Shown piece after piece: positions 14,201 through 27,600 of a stretch of DNA of 64,000 nt. Under the pieces are notes generated by a model that worked only from the letters and a program-made list of their open reading frames with translations, made no database searches and had not been told where the DNA came from. Numbering within the stretch: position 1 is the stretch's first letter; every line of letters starts with the position of its first letter. Source of the stretch: Anaeramoeba ignava BMAN (taxonomy: Eukaryota; Protista; Anaeramoebae); the NCBI GenBank assembly GCA_028826165.1, contig JAPDFW010000138.1:58218-122217 (forward strand). The letters are read 5' to 3'. Position numbers and translations under genes: made by a program.

Positions 14201-16203
14201 TAATTTTGAATTTTAATTTTATTTTTAATTTTAATCTTAATTTTAATTTTAAATTTTAATTTTAATTTTAATTTCAAATTTTAATTTTAATTTTAATTTT
14301 AATTTTGATTTTAATTTTAATATTAATTTTAATTTTAATTTTAATTTTAATTTTAATTTAAATTTTAATTTTAATTTTAATTTAAATTTTAATTTTAATT
14401 TTAATTTCAAATTTTAATTTTAATTTTAATTTAAATTTTAATTTTAATTTTAATTTAAATTTTAATTTTAATTTTAATTTTAATTTTAATTTTAATTTTA
14501 ATTTTAATTTATTTAGGGAAGATGAAGAGAATCAAGTTGATATTTCGATATGGGATGAGCCACCAGATTCAGAATCAAATATTTTATTTACAGAAGATAA
14601 AGGTTAATATAGAAAAATATTATTTTAATTCAAATATTTTTAATTTCAATTTTATTTTTAATTTTAATTATTTTTAGGTGAAATTAAAGCCGGAACTTTA
14701 AATAAATTAATTGAAAAATTAACTCAAAAAGAAAGTCATGATTTAAAATTTATGAAAACATTTTTAATGACTTATCAATCATTTACAACACCAAGAAAAT
14801 TACTTGCAAAACTTATTCAAAGGTAAATATATAAAAAAATTATTTATTAAAAAATTATTTATTAAAAAATTATTTATCAAAAAATTAAATATCAAAAAAT
14901 TATTTATTAAAAAATTATTTATAAAAAAATTCTTTATCAAAAAATTAAAGATTTAATATTCCAAAACCACAAGTAATTACAGAAGAATTTGAACAAGAAA
15001 GAACTTGTATTCAATTAAGAGTTATTAATGTTATGAAAACATGGATTGAAAAACATTTTTATGATTTTGATGATACTTTTATACATGAATTTGGAAATTT
15101 TATTAATGAAAAATTAATGAAACAAAATCATATTAATCTTGCAATTAAATTGAGAAATACTTTATCTAAAAAAGTCTCTAGAAAAGAAAAGAAAATTCAA
15201 ATTCAATTTACTGAACCTCCTCCAGAACCAAAAGTTCCTAAAAATATTTTTAGTAGAACATTTACTCTTTTAGATTCTGATGAAGAAGAATTAGCTCGTC
15301 AAATTACTTTGATTGAATTTGAAATTTATTCACAAATTCAAGTAAAATTAAATATTAAAATTATTTATAAAATTATTTATAAAGTTAAATATAAAATTAA
15401 TTATAAAATTATATATAAAATTATTTATAAAATTATTTATAAAATTAAATATAAAATTATTTATAAAATTATTTATAAAATTAAATATAAAATTATTTAT
15501 TAAATTATTTATAAAATTAATTATAAAATTATAAAATATATAGTCATCAGAATTATTAAGTTTAGCATGGAGCAAACCAAAACTTAAACATCGCTCACCA
15601 AACGTATTAAAATTAATATATCATTTCAATTTACTCTCAAACTGGATAACTTCCACAATAATATTTAGTGAAAATCAACGGCAACGAATCAAAGTTGCAT
15701 CTAAATTTATAAAATTAGCAGAAAATTTATCAAATTTAAACAATTTCAACGGATTAATGGCAATTATTTCTGGATTGAATGATTCCTCAATAACAAGATT
15801 AACAAATTTATGGGGAGAAGTGCAAAAAAGATTACTAGATATTTTAACAGAATTAAAAAATAAAATGAGCTCTGATTCTTCTTATAGAAAATATCGAGAT
15901 TTATTAAAACATGTCAATCCACCTTGTATTCCTTTTCTTGGTATTTATTTGACTGATTTAACTTTTATTGAAGAAGGAAATCGTGATTTAACTGGAAATT
16001 TAATTAATTTTTCAAAAAGAAGACTTGTTTGTGAAGTTATTTCAGAATTACAACAATTCCAACAAAAACCTTATAATTTACAACCTGTTTATCAAATTTC
16101 TGTTTTGTTTCAGAATTTAAATTCTGTTCCTCTTAGAGAATGTTATGAAAAATCCCTTCAAATTCAACCTAGAAATTCTTCTAAAGTTTCTAATCAAAAT
16201 TAA
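11250..16203 (+). CDS. RasGEF (disordered Pro/Ser-rich N-terminus, LisH, REM, CDC25 domain), 7 exons
   Basis: LisH-like LIMHFLSFKGLKKTIESLEFES; REM IKAGTLNKLIEKLT..FLMTYQSFTTP; CDC25 EELARQITLIEFEIY..NNFNGLMAIISGL..PPCIPFLGIYLTDLTFIEEGN. Introns at about 12324-12392, 13685-13803, 14107-14516, 14602-14677, 14823-14950 and 15342-15543. Confidence 0.92.
14110..14510. repeat. (TTTTAA)n hexamer satellite in a RasGEF intron
   Basis: Tandem hexamers. Confidence 0.9.
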
Positions 16204-16942
16204 AATCAAATTTAAAATCAAAATCAATTTGAAATCAAATTAAAATCAAATTCAAATTTAAAAATTAAAATCAAAATTAAATTTAAAATTTAAAAATCAA
16301 ATTCAAATTTAAAAATTCAATTCAAAATGATGTTCCAAATTAAATTCAAATTTAAATTAAATTCAAAATTCAAATTTAAAATCAAAAATTAAATTCAAAT
16401 TCAAATTAAAATCAAAAATTCAATTCAAAATGATGTTCCAAATTAAATTCAAATTAAATTCCAAATTAAATTCAAATTCAAAATTTCAATTCAAATTATT
16501 TGTTATTTTTGCATTTTTTTTTGTTTTTGAAAAATTATTTCGAAAATAAAAAAAAAATTTAAACTAAAATTAAAATTGTTTTCAATTTTCCTTTTTTTTT
16601 CAATTTAAAATTATAAAACAAAAGTCCACATTTTTCTTTTTAAAAACAAGAATAACAAAGAAAAAAAAAGAAAAGAAAAAAAAATAAAATTTTTTTTTTG
16701 GGTTATCAAATAAAACTCCCCCTTTTAAAAAAAGTAAAAATATAAAAATTAAAATTTAAATTAAAGTTTATATTAAAAAATAATCTTTTCGAAAATTGAT
16801 CTTATTTATTTTTTTTTGTTGTTTTTTTTTTTATTGATCAAAAAAGAAAAAATTTAAAAAATAAAAAATTCATTTTTCTTTTTCTTTATTTTTTTTTTAT
16901 TATAAAGAGATTTAATTTTTTAAAAACAAAAAAAACAAAACA

Positions 16943-19635
16943 ATGTCTTTAAAATCATATTTAAATTTTACATTCCAAAATCCAACTAAAATTATTTTTG
17001 GAGCAAAAACAATTCCTCAACTTCGTGAATTAATTCCAGGCAAACCAAAAGTAAGAAAACTCTTCAAATTCGATATTTTTTTTTTTAAATTTAAATTTAA
17101 ATTATTTTTTTTTTTTGGGGGAGTTTGAATTTTGTTTTAAATAATAATTAAAAAAATTTTTATTTTTTTCTTGACTAATCAATTTTCAAAATTAGATTTT
17201 ATTAACTTATGGAGGAGGAAGTATTAAAAAGAATGGAGTTTATGATCAAGTTAAAGAAGCTTTAAAAGATTTTAAAGTTTTGGTAAGTTTTTCCATTTAA
17301 ATAATTTGATTTAATTTGATTTAATTTGATTTAATTTGATTTAATTTGATTTAATTTGATTTAAATATTTTGATTTAATTTGATTTAAATATATTGATTT
17401 AAATTGATTTAAATATATTGATTTAAATTGATTTAAATATATTGATTTAAATTGATTTAAATATTTGATTTAAATTGATTTAAATATATTGATTTAAATT
17501 GATTTAAATATATTGATTTAATTTGATTTAATTAAATTTATATTTGATTTAAATTTGATTTTAAAATTGATTTAAATATATATTTGATTTAAATATATTT
17601 GATTTAAAAATATTTGATTTAAAAATATTGATTTAAGAATATTGATTTAAATATATTTTGATTTAATTTGATTTAATTTGATTTAAATATATTTGATTTA
17701 AATATATTTGATTTAAATATATTGATTTAATTTGATTTAAATATATTGATTTAAATATATTGATTTAAATATATTATATTTGATTTAAATATTTGATTTA
17801 ATTTGATTTAAATATATTTGATTTAAATATATTGATTTAAATATATTGATTTAATTTGATTTAATTTGATTTAATTATATTGATTTAAATATATTTAATT
17901 TAATTATATTGATTTATAAAATAGGAATTTAGTGGAATTCCTGCAAATCCAGTTTATGAACATGCAATGGAAGGAGTTAAAATTTGTAAAAAAGATAATA
18001 TTGATTTTCTTCTTGCTGTTGGAGGTGGATCTGTTATTGATGCAACAAAATTTATTTCTATTGCAGCTAAATACAAATATGAAGATCCTTGGGATATGGT
18101 TGCAAAGAAATTTGTAATTAAAACAAATCAATTTATTTTTATATTTATTTTTATTTTTATATTTATTTTTATTTTTTGAATAGAATCCTGATCCAAAATA
18201 TCATCCAAAAGAATCAATTCCTCTTGGAACTGTAAATAATTCAAAAAAAAATAAAGTGGAATTCCACTTTTTTAATTTTATTTATTTAAATTTGATTTAA
18301 TTTAATTTTTATTCATTTTTAAAAATAGGTTTTAACTCTTCCTGCAGCTGCAAGTGAAATGGTTTGTTTTCTTTTTTCAAATATTATTTTGATTTTAATT
18401 TATTAATTTATTAATTTATTAAAAAAAAACACAGAATTGGAGCATAACTTTGTCAAGAGATTCAACAAAACAAAAATATTTCTTAATTGATCCAATACTT
18501 TTCCCAAAATTTTCCATTTTAGGTTTATAAAAAATTTAATAAAAAATTTAATTAAAAATTTAATATCAAATTTAATAAAATTTAATAAAAAATTTAATTG
18601 AAAATTTAATAAAATTTAATAAAATTAGATCCTGAAGCAACTTACAGTCTTCCAAAAAATCAAACAATAAATGGAGCAGTTGATTCATTTGTTCACAGTA
18701 AATAAAATTGAATTAAAATTGAATTAAAATTGAATTAAAATTGAATTAAAATTGAATTAAAATTGAATTAAAATCAAAATTATTTTTTAGCTCTTGAACA
18801 TTATGCAACAACAAATCGTAATGCAAGAATTCCTGATAGAATTGCTGAAGGAATATTAGATACAATTATTTCTGAAACACCAAAAGCTCTTGCAAATCCA
18901 AGAGATTATGCAGCTAGAGCTAATTTAATGTGGTCTTCTACTATGGCTTTAAATGGATTAATTGCAAAAGGTGTTGAAGAAGATTGGTATTTATTTATAT
19001 TTACATTTACATTTATATTTAAATTTAAATAATTCAAAAATTAATTAAAAAATAATTTAATTGAAAAATAAATTTAGGTCAACTCATGCAATCGGTAAAT
19101 TAAAGGAAATTTTTTTGCTTTTTTTTTTTTTGAACTAACCAAAAATTTATTCCACTTTTTCTTATTTATTAATTTCAAAAAAAAAAAGGATTTGAAATTA
19201 CAGCAATGACAGGTAAAATAAAATTAAAATTAAAATTAAAAATAAATTAAAAATAAATTAAAAATAAATCAAATTAAAAAATAAAAAGGAGCTGATCATG
19301 CAAAAACAATAGCAGCTATTTTACCAGGATTGTGGAGATTCAAAAAAGAACAAAAGAAAGAAAAACTTGCAATGATGGCAGAAAGAGTTTATGGGAAAAA
19401 ATATGGAACTGATGATGAAAAAGCTTATTATACAATCCAAAAAACAATTGAATTCTTTAATAGTATTGGAATGAGAACAACTTTATCTTCTGTTGGAATT
19501 AGAAGAGAACATTTTGATGAAATTGCAAGAAGAGTTGATTATTGGCATAAATTCTGTGATGTTCCACCTCTTGGAGAACATCAAGATATTTACGCAGAAG
19601 ATATTATTAAAATTCTTGAATTATGTGATCCTTAA
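16943..19635 (+). CDS. Iron-containing alcohol dehydrogenase, YqhD/BdhA-like, copy 1; 11 exons; apparent extra T at 17278-17282
   Basis: Spliced product NFTFQNPTKIIFG..TYGGGSIKKNGVYDQV..LAVGGGSVIDATK..GTVLTLPAAASE..DSFVHTLEHY..DWSTHAIGFEITAMTGADHAKT. Exons: 16943-17050, 17196-17283, 17925-18113, 18184-18231, 18329-18361, 18435-18522, 18629-18697, 18791-18986, 19078-19094, 19189-19212, 19289-19635. Confidence 0.9.
17300..17920. repeat. (TTGATTTAAA[TATA])n satellite in ADH copy 1 intron 2
   Basis: 10-14 bp units built around TTGATTTAA. Confidence 0.9.
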
Positions 19636-19797
19636 AAAAGGAAAAAAAGAATTTCCATTCAAAATTTAATCCAAAATTTAATTTTTCAATTTAATCCAAA
19701 ATTTCCATTTCTAAAAAAAGTTTTTTTTTGATTTTGTTTTTGGATTTAATAAAAAAATTTCCGTTTCTAAAAAAAGTTTTTTCTTTTTAACTTTCTA

Positions 19798-21483
19798 TTA
19801 ATTGTTTTTATTTGAAGGAGGATTTGTAAAAACAATACTTGTATTTTGATTTAATTCTTGAGAATTTTGATCCATTTTTGAATTTTCTTGATCATCTAAA
19901 GGATCTTCATAAAAATTACCAATTTTTTGAGAAATATCAGCTTGTAATTGAAAAAGAGAATCAGGTCTTTCCAAAACATTATATTCTAAACCTTTATCAT
20001 TATTTCTAAAACGTTGATTTTGATTTTGATTTTGATTTTGATTTTGATTGAATTTAGGGTTTCTTTTTTTTGTTCTTTTTCTTCTGTTTCTTTTTTTGTT
20101 TTGTTTTTTTTTTCTTGCTTTTTTCTCTTCTTCATCATCAGAAAATTCTTGTTCCGAATCATTAATTTCTTCATCAAATTCATTAGAAGCATCACAACCT
20201 TTTTTTGAGTCGATATCTCTTTCTTTATTCAAGTATTTTGAAAACTCTTGGAAATAATAAATAACATTTCCAACTTGAAAAAGATTGAAATCAATATTTG
20301 ATTCCGAATTAAATCTGACAATATAATAAGGATTATTAACAGGTCCAAATATTTCATCAATTCTTCCAAGAATAACGTGTTCTTTTGAACAAAGTAGGCT
20401 TCCTTCTTTCAATATTTTTTTGTTTGGAATTGATCTTATGATTATTCTTTGTGAAACAAATGAATTGATTTTTCCTATTGGATAAATTTCTTTTTCTTTT
20501 ATATTTTCTGGTATAATAATTGGTTGAATTTTTGGAAGTTCTTTCATCTCGTTTTTGCTTCGTATTTCTTTAATTGATTTTTCATTTTCACTTTCGGTTT
20601 CTGATGAATCTATACTGTCTCCATTTTCAATTGGATCTGAATCTGAATCTGAATCTGTATCTGAATCTGAATCTTAAAAAATGAATTTTAATTTTATAAA
20701 TGAATTTTAATTTTAATTTTAATTTTAATATTAATTTTAATTTTAATTTTTAATTTTAATTTTAATTTTAATTTTATAAATGAATTTTAATTTTAATTTT
20801 AATTTTAATTTTAATTTTAATTTTAATTTTAATTTTAATTTTAATTTTAATTTATATTTTAATTTTAATTTTAATTTTAATTTTAATTTTAATTTTGATT
20901 TTAATTTTAATTTTGATTTTAATTTTAATTTTCATTTTAATTTTAATTTTAATTTTAATTTTAATTTTAATTTTAATTTTTAATTTTTAATTTTTAATTT
21001 TAATTTTTATTTTAATTTTGATTTTAATTTTTAATTTTAATTTTTAATTTTGATTTTGATTTTTATTTTAATATTAATTTTATAAATGAATTTTAATTTT
21101 AATTTTAATTTTGATTTTAATTTTAATTTTCATATTTAAATTATACCTTCATCTTTTTCATTTAAATTTATTTGGTTATTTTTTGTAATTTCTGTTAAAA
21201 TATTTTCTAAATTTTCTGGTTTTTCAATTTGAATATTTATTTCTGAATTTGTATTGTTTTGATCTTCTTGTTGTATTTTTAATAATTCATTTGATTCAAC
21301 ATTCATTTCTAAATTTAAATTTAAATTTTCTTGTTCTTTTTCTGATAAATTTTCTTTTATTAATTGATTTTGAATTAAATCTTCTAAATTTTTAAAAATA
21401 TTATTATTTTCATTATTATTATTTTCATTATTATTATTTTCTTCTTGATTTTCATTATTATTATTTTCTTCTTGATTTTCCAT
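19798..21483 (-). CDS. NAF1: H/ACA RNP assembly factor NAF1; intron 20673-21146
   Basis: Gar1/Naf1 domain LKEGSLLC..LGRIDEIFGPVNNPYYIVRFN followed by the Naf1-specific KGCDASNEFDEE..EQEFSDDEEEK; acidic SD-rich linker. Confidence 0.92.
20685..21130. repeat. (TTTTAA)n satellite in the NAF1 intron
   Basis: Tandem hexamers. Confidence 0.9.
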
Positions 21484-21631
21484 TTAAATTTATTTATAAA
21501 AAAATAAAAGAAAAAAAGAAAAAAAATGAAATTTAAATTTTTCTCCTTTTTTTTTTAAACAATAAAAAAATTTTTTTTTAATTTTTTTTCCAAATCATTT
21601 TTTTTCATTTTTTTCCTTTCAAAAAAAAATA

Positions 21632-24350
21632 ATGGAACAAGTTAAATCTTATAATAACTTTACTTTTTATAATCCAACTAAAATTATTTTCGGAGCAAAA
21701 ACAATTCTTCAACTTCGTAATTTAATTCCAAAAGAATCAAAAGTAAAAAAAAAATTATTTTATTAAAAAAAAACTGAATAACTGAAAATAAAATAAAATA
21801 AAATAATAATAATATAAAATAATAATAAAAAGATTTTAATGACTTATGGAGGAGGAAGTATTAAAAAGAATGGAGTTTATGATCAAGTCAAAGAAGCTTT
21901 AAAAGAACATACAGTTTTAGTAAGAAATTTTTTCTTTTTGGAAAATTTTTTTGACATTTTTTTTGACATTTTTTAATTTAAATTTTTAATTTAAATTTTT
22001 AATTTATATTTTTAATAAAATAGGAATTTAGTGGAATTTCTCCAAATCCAAAGTATGAACATTCAATGAAAGCTGTTGAAATTTGTAAAAAAGAAAATAT
22101 TGATTTTCTTCTTGCTGTTGGAGGTGGTTCAGTTATTGATGCAACAAAATTTATTTCTATTGCAGCTAAATATGAATATGAAGATCCTTGGGATTTAATT
22201 ATAAAGAAATTTGTAATTAAATTATTTCAATTTAATTGAATTTCAATTTAAATTCATTTTCAATTTAAATTCATTTTCAATTAAATTATTTTCAATTTAA
22301 ATTTATTTTCAATTTAATTAAATAGAGTGGTGATTCTAAATATGAACCTAAAGCAGCAATTCCTATTGGAACTGTAAAAATAATTCAAAATAAATAAAGT
22401 GGAATTCCACTTTTTTAATTTTATTTATTTTTTATTCATTTTTAAAAATAGGTTATAACTCTCCCTGCAACTGCAAGTGAAATGGTTTGTTTTCTTTTTC
22501 AAATATTATTTTTATTTATTTTTATTTTTATTTTTATTTTTATTTTTATTTTTATTTTTATTTTTATTTTTATTTTTATTAGAATGCTGGATTTGTTTTA
22601 TCAAGAGAATCAACAAAACAAAAATATGATAAATTTCATACACTTCTTTTCCCAAAATTTTCCATTTTAGGTTTATTAAAATTAAAATTAAATTTAAAAT
22701 TAAATTAAAATTAAAATTTAAAATTAAAATTAAAATTAAAATTAAAAATTAAAATTAAAAAATAGATCCTGAAACAACTTATACTCTTCCAAAAAATCAA
22801 ACAATAAATGGAGCAGTTGATACATTTATTCATAGTAAATAAATTAAATTTTACTTAAAAATAAATTAAATTTTTTTTTCCGATTTTTAAAAATTTTTTT
22901 CCGATTTTTAAAAATTAAAATTTAAATTAAAAAGTTATTGAACAATATGTTACAACAAATCGTAATACAAGAATTCCTGATAGAATTTCTGAAGGATTAT
23001 TAGATACAATTATTTCTGAAACTCCAAAAGTTCTTGAAAATCCAAAAGATTATTCAGCTAGAGCTAATTTAATGTGGTCTTCTACTCTTGGTTTAAACTA
23101 TTTAATTTCAACTGGTGTTGACCAAGATTGGTATTTATTTATATTTATATTTAAATAATTTAAAAATTTAATTAATTAATTTATAATTTCTAAATTTTTT
23201 AGGGCAATTCATCAAATTGGTAAAAATAAATTTTAATTTAAAATTGAAAATGAAAAATTATTCTCTTATTTCCTAATTTCCTTTTTAATTTTTAATTTTC
23301 TAAAAAAATTTTAAAACTCAGGACATGAAATTACTGCAATGACAGGTAAATTGAAATATCAAAATTAAATATAAATATAAATTAAATATAAATCAAATTT
23401 AAATCAAATATAAATCAAATTTAAATCAAATATAAATCAAATATAAATCAAATATTTAAATCAAATATAAATCAAATATAAATCAAATATAAATTAAATA
23501 TAAATCAAATATAAATCAAATATAAATTAAATATAAATTAAATATAAATTAAAATTTAAATCAAATTTAAATTAAATATAAATCAAATATAAATCAAATA
23601 TAAATCAAATAAAAATTAAATATAAATCAAAACTAAATTAAATATAAATCAAATATAAATCAAATATAAATTAAATATAAATTAAATATAAATCAAATTT
23701 AAATCAAATATAAATTAAATATAAATTAAATATAAATCAAATTTAAATCAAATATAAATTAAATATAAATCAAATATAAATCAAATATAAATCAAATATA
23801 AATCAAATATAAATCAAATATAAATCAAATATAAATCAAATATAAATTAAATATAAATTAAATATAAATCAAATATAAATCAAATATAAATCAAATATAA
23901 ATCAAATATAAATTAAATATAAATCAAATATAAATCAAATATAAATCAAATATAAATCAAATATAAATCAAATATTTAAATCAATTTTTTAAAAAATAAA
24001 AAGGAGCTGATCATGCAAAAACATTAGCAGCTATTTTACCAGGAATGTGGAAATACAAAAAAGAACAAAAGAAAGAAAAACTTGCAATGATGGCAGAAAG
24101 AGTTTATGGGAAAAAAGAAGGAACTGATGATGAAAAAGCAGATTTTACAATTCAAAAAACAATTGAATTCTTTAATAGTATTGGAATGAAAACAACTTTA
24201 TCTTCTGCTGGAATTGGAAAAGAAAACTTTAATGAACTTATTAAGAGAATTGAAGATCGAGAGAATGATTTAAAAGCACCTCCTCTTGGAGAAAATGCAG
24301 ATATTTATGCTAAAGATATTATTAAAATTCTTGAATTATGCGATCTTTAA
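21632..24350 (+). CDS. Iron-containing alcohol dehydrogenase, YqhD/BdhA-like, copy 2; 11 exons
   Basis: Same intron positions as copy 1; GGGS motifs, DTFIH, DWAIHQIGHEITAMTGADHAKT. Confidence 0.92.
23365..23985. repeat. (AAATCAAATAT)n 11-mer satellite in the last intron of ADH copy 2
   Basis: Period-11 repeat. Confidence 0.92.
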
Positions 24351-24676
24351 AAAAAAAAAACAATTTAAATTTCAATTTCAATTTCAATTTCAATTTCAAT
24401 TTCCTTTTCAATTTCAATTTCAATTTCAATTTCAATTTCAATTTAAATTTCAATTTCAATTTCAATTTCAAATTCAAATTCAATTTCATTTTCATTTTCA
24501 AATTCAATTTCAATTTCAGTTCTTTTTTTCAATTTCAAATTCATTTTCATTTTCAAATTCAATTTCAATTTCAGTTCTTTTTTTCAATTTCAAATTCAAA
24601 GAGAATAAAACAACGAAATCAAAAAACAAAAAACAAAAATGATTTTTTTTCATTTTTTTCCTTTCAAAAAAAAATA

Positions 24677-27600
24677 ATGGAACAAGTTAAATCCTATTTA
24701 AATTTTACTTTTTATAATCCAACTAAAATTATTTTTGGAGCAAAAACAATTCCTCAACTTCGTAATTTAATTCCAAAAGAATCAAAAGTAAAACAAAAAT
24801 TTTTTTATTTAAAAATTATTTTATTAAAAAAAAACTGAATAACTGAAAATAAAATAAAATAAAATAATAATAATATAAAATAATAATAAAAAGATTTTAA
24901 TGACTTATGGAGGAGGAAGTATTAAAAAGAATGGAGTTTATGATCAAGTCAAAGAAGCTTTAAAAAAGCATCAATTTTTAGTAAGAAATTTTTAATTTAA
25001 ATTTTAATTTATATTTTTAATTTATATTTTGATTTATAAAATAGGAATTTAGTGGAATTTCTCCAAATCCAAAGTATGAACATTCAATGAAAGCTGTTGA
25101 AATTTGTAAAAAAGAAAATATTGATTTTCTTCTTGCTGTTGGAGGTGGTTCAGTTATTGATGCAACAAAATTTATTTCTATTGCAGCTAAATATGAATAT
25201 GAAGATCCTTGGGATATGGTTTCAAAGAGTTTTGTAATTAAATTATTTCAATTTAAATTTATTTTCAATTAAATTCATTTTCAATTTAAATTTATTTTCA
25301 ATTAAATTCAATTTTAATTTATTTTCAATTAAATTTATTTTCAATTTAATTAAATAGTTTGGTGATTCTAAATATGAACCTAAAGCAGCAATTCCTATTG
25401 GAACTGTAAAAATAATTCAAAATAAAAAAATAAAGTGGAATTCCACTTTTTTAATTTTATTTAATTTTTATTCATTTTTAAAAATAGGTTATAACTCTTC
25501 CTGCAACTGCAAGTGAAATGGTTTGTTTTCTTTTTTCAAATATTATTTTTATTCTAATATTTTTATTTTTATTTTTATTTTTATTTTTATTTTTATTTTT
25601 ATTTTTATTAGAATGCTGGATTTGTTTTATCAAGAGAATCAACAAAACAAAAATATGATAAAACCCATACACTTCTTTATCCAAAATTTTCCATTTTAGG
25701 TTTATTAAATTAAAATTAAAAATTAAATTAAAATTAAAATTTAAAATTAAAATTAAAAATAAAATAAAAATTAAATTAAAATTAAAATTAAAAATTAAAA
25801 TTAAAAATTAAATTAAAATTTAAATTAAAATTAAAAATAAAAATAAAATTAAAATTAAAATTAAAATTAAAACTAAATTAAAATCAAAATCAAAATTTAA
25901 AATTAAAATTAAAACTAAATTTAAATTTAAATTTAAAATTAAAAAATAGATCCTGAAACAACTTATACTCTTCCAAAAAATCAAACAATAAATGGAGCAG
26001 TTGATACATTTATTCATAGTAAATAAATTAAATTTTACTTAAAAATAAATTAAATTTTTTTTTCCGATTTTTAAAAATTTTTTTCCGATTTTTTAAAATT
26101 AAAATTTAAAATAAAAAGTTATTGAACAATATGCTACAACAAATCGTAATACAAGAATTCCTGATAGAATTGCTGAAGGATTACTAGATATAATTATTTC
26201 TGAAACTCCAAAAGCTCTTGAAAATCCAAAAGATTATTCAGCTAGAGCTAATTTAATGTGGTCTTCTACTATGGCTTTAAATGATTTAATTGCAAGGGGT
26301 GTTGAAGAAGATTGGTATTTATTTATATTTATATTTAAATAATCTAAAAATTGATTAATTAATTTATAATTTCTAAATTTTTTAGGGCAATTCATGCAAT
26401 TGGTAAAAATAAATTTTAATTTAAAATTGAAAATGAAAAATTATTCTCTTATTTCCTAATTTCCTTTTTAATTTTAATTTTCTAAAAAAATTTTAAAACT
26501 CAGGACATGAAATTACTGCAATGACAGGTAAATTGAAATATCAAAATTAAATATAAATATAAATCAAATATAAATCAAATATAAATTAAAATTAAATCAA
26601 ATATAAATTAAATATAAATCAAATATAAATCAAATATAAATCAAATATAAATCAAATATAAATCAAATATAAATCAAATATAAATCAAATATAAATCAAA
26701 TATAAATCAAATATAAATTAAAATTAAATCAAATATAAATTCAAATATAAATCAAATATAAATCAAATATAAATCAAATATAAATTAAATCAAATTTAAA
26801 TCAAATATAAATTAAATATAAATCAAAAATATAAATCAAATATAAATCAAATTTAAATTGAAATATAAATCAAATATAAAATCAAATATAAATCAAATAT
26901 AAATCAAATATAAATCAAATATTTAAATCAAATATAAATCAAATATAAATTAAATATAAATCAAATTTAAATCAAATATAAATTAAATATAAATCAAATA
27001 TAAATCAAATATAAATTAAATATAAATCAAATATAAATTAAATATAAATCAAATATAAATCAAATATAAATCAAATATAAATCAAATATAAATTAAATAT
27101 AAATCAAATTTAAACTCAAACATAAATCAAATATAAACTCAAATATAAATCAAATATAAATCAAATATAAATCAAATATAAATCAAAATATAAATCAAAA
27201 TATAAATTAAATATAAATCAAATATAAATCAAATATAAATCAAATATAAATCAAAATATAAATCAAAATATAAATCAAATATAAATCAAATATTTAAATC
27301 AAAATTAAATCAAAATTAAATCAAATATAAATTAAATATTAAATATAAATCAAATATAAATTAAATTTAAATCAAATATAAATTAAATATAAATTAAATA
27401 TAAATCAAATATAAATCAAATATAAATTAAATATAAATTAAATATAAATTAAATATAAATCAAATATAAATCAAATATAAATCAAATATAAATCAAATAT
27501 AAATCAAATATAAATCAAATATAAATCAAATATAAATTAAATATAAATCAAATATAAATCAAATTTAAATCAAATATAAATCAAATATAAATCAAATATA

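Noticed and set aside
16311-16454. Duplicated ~40-bp segment containing ATGATGT downstream of RasGEF as a C/D snoRNA
   Set aside because: Imperfect box C and no CTGA box D; explained by a local duplication.
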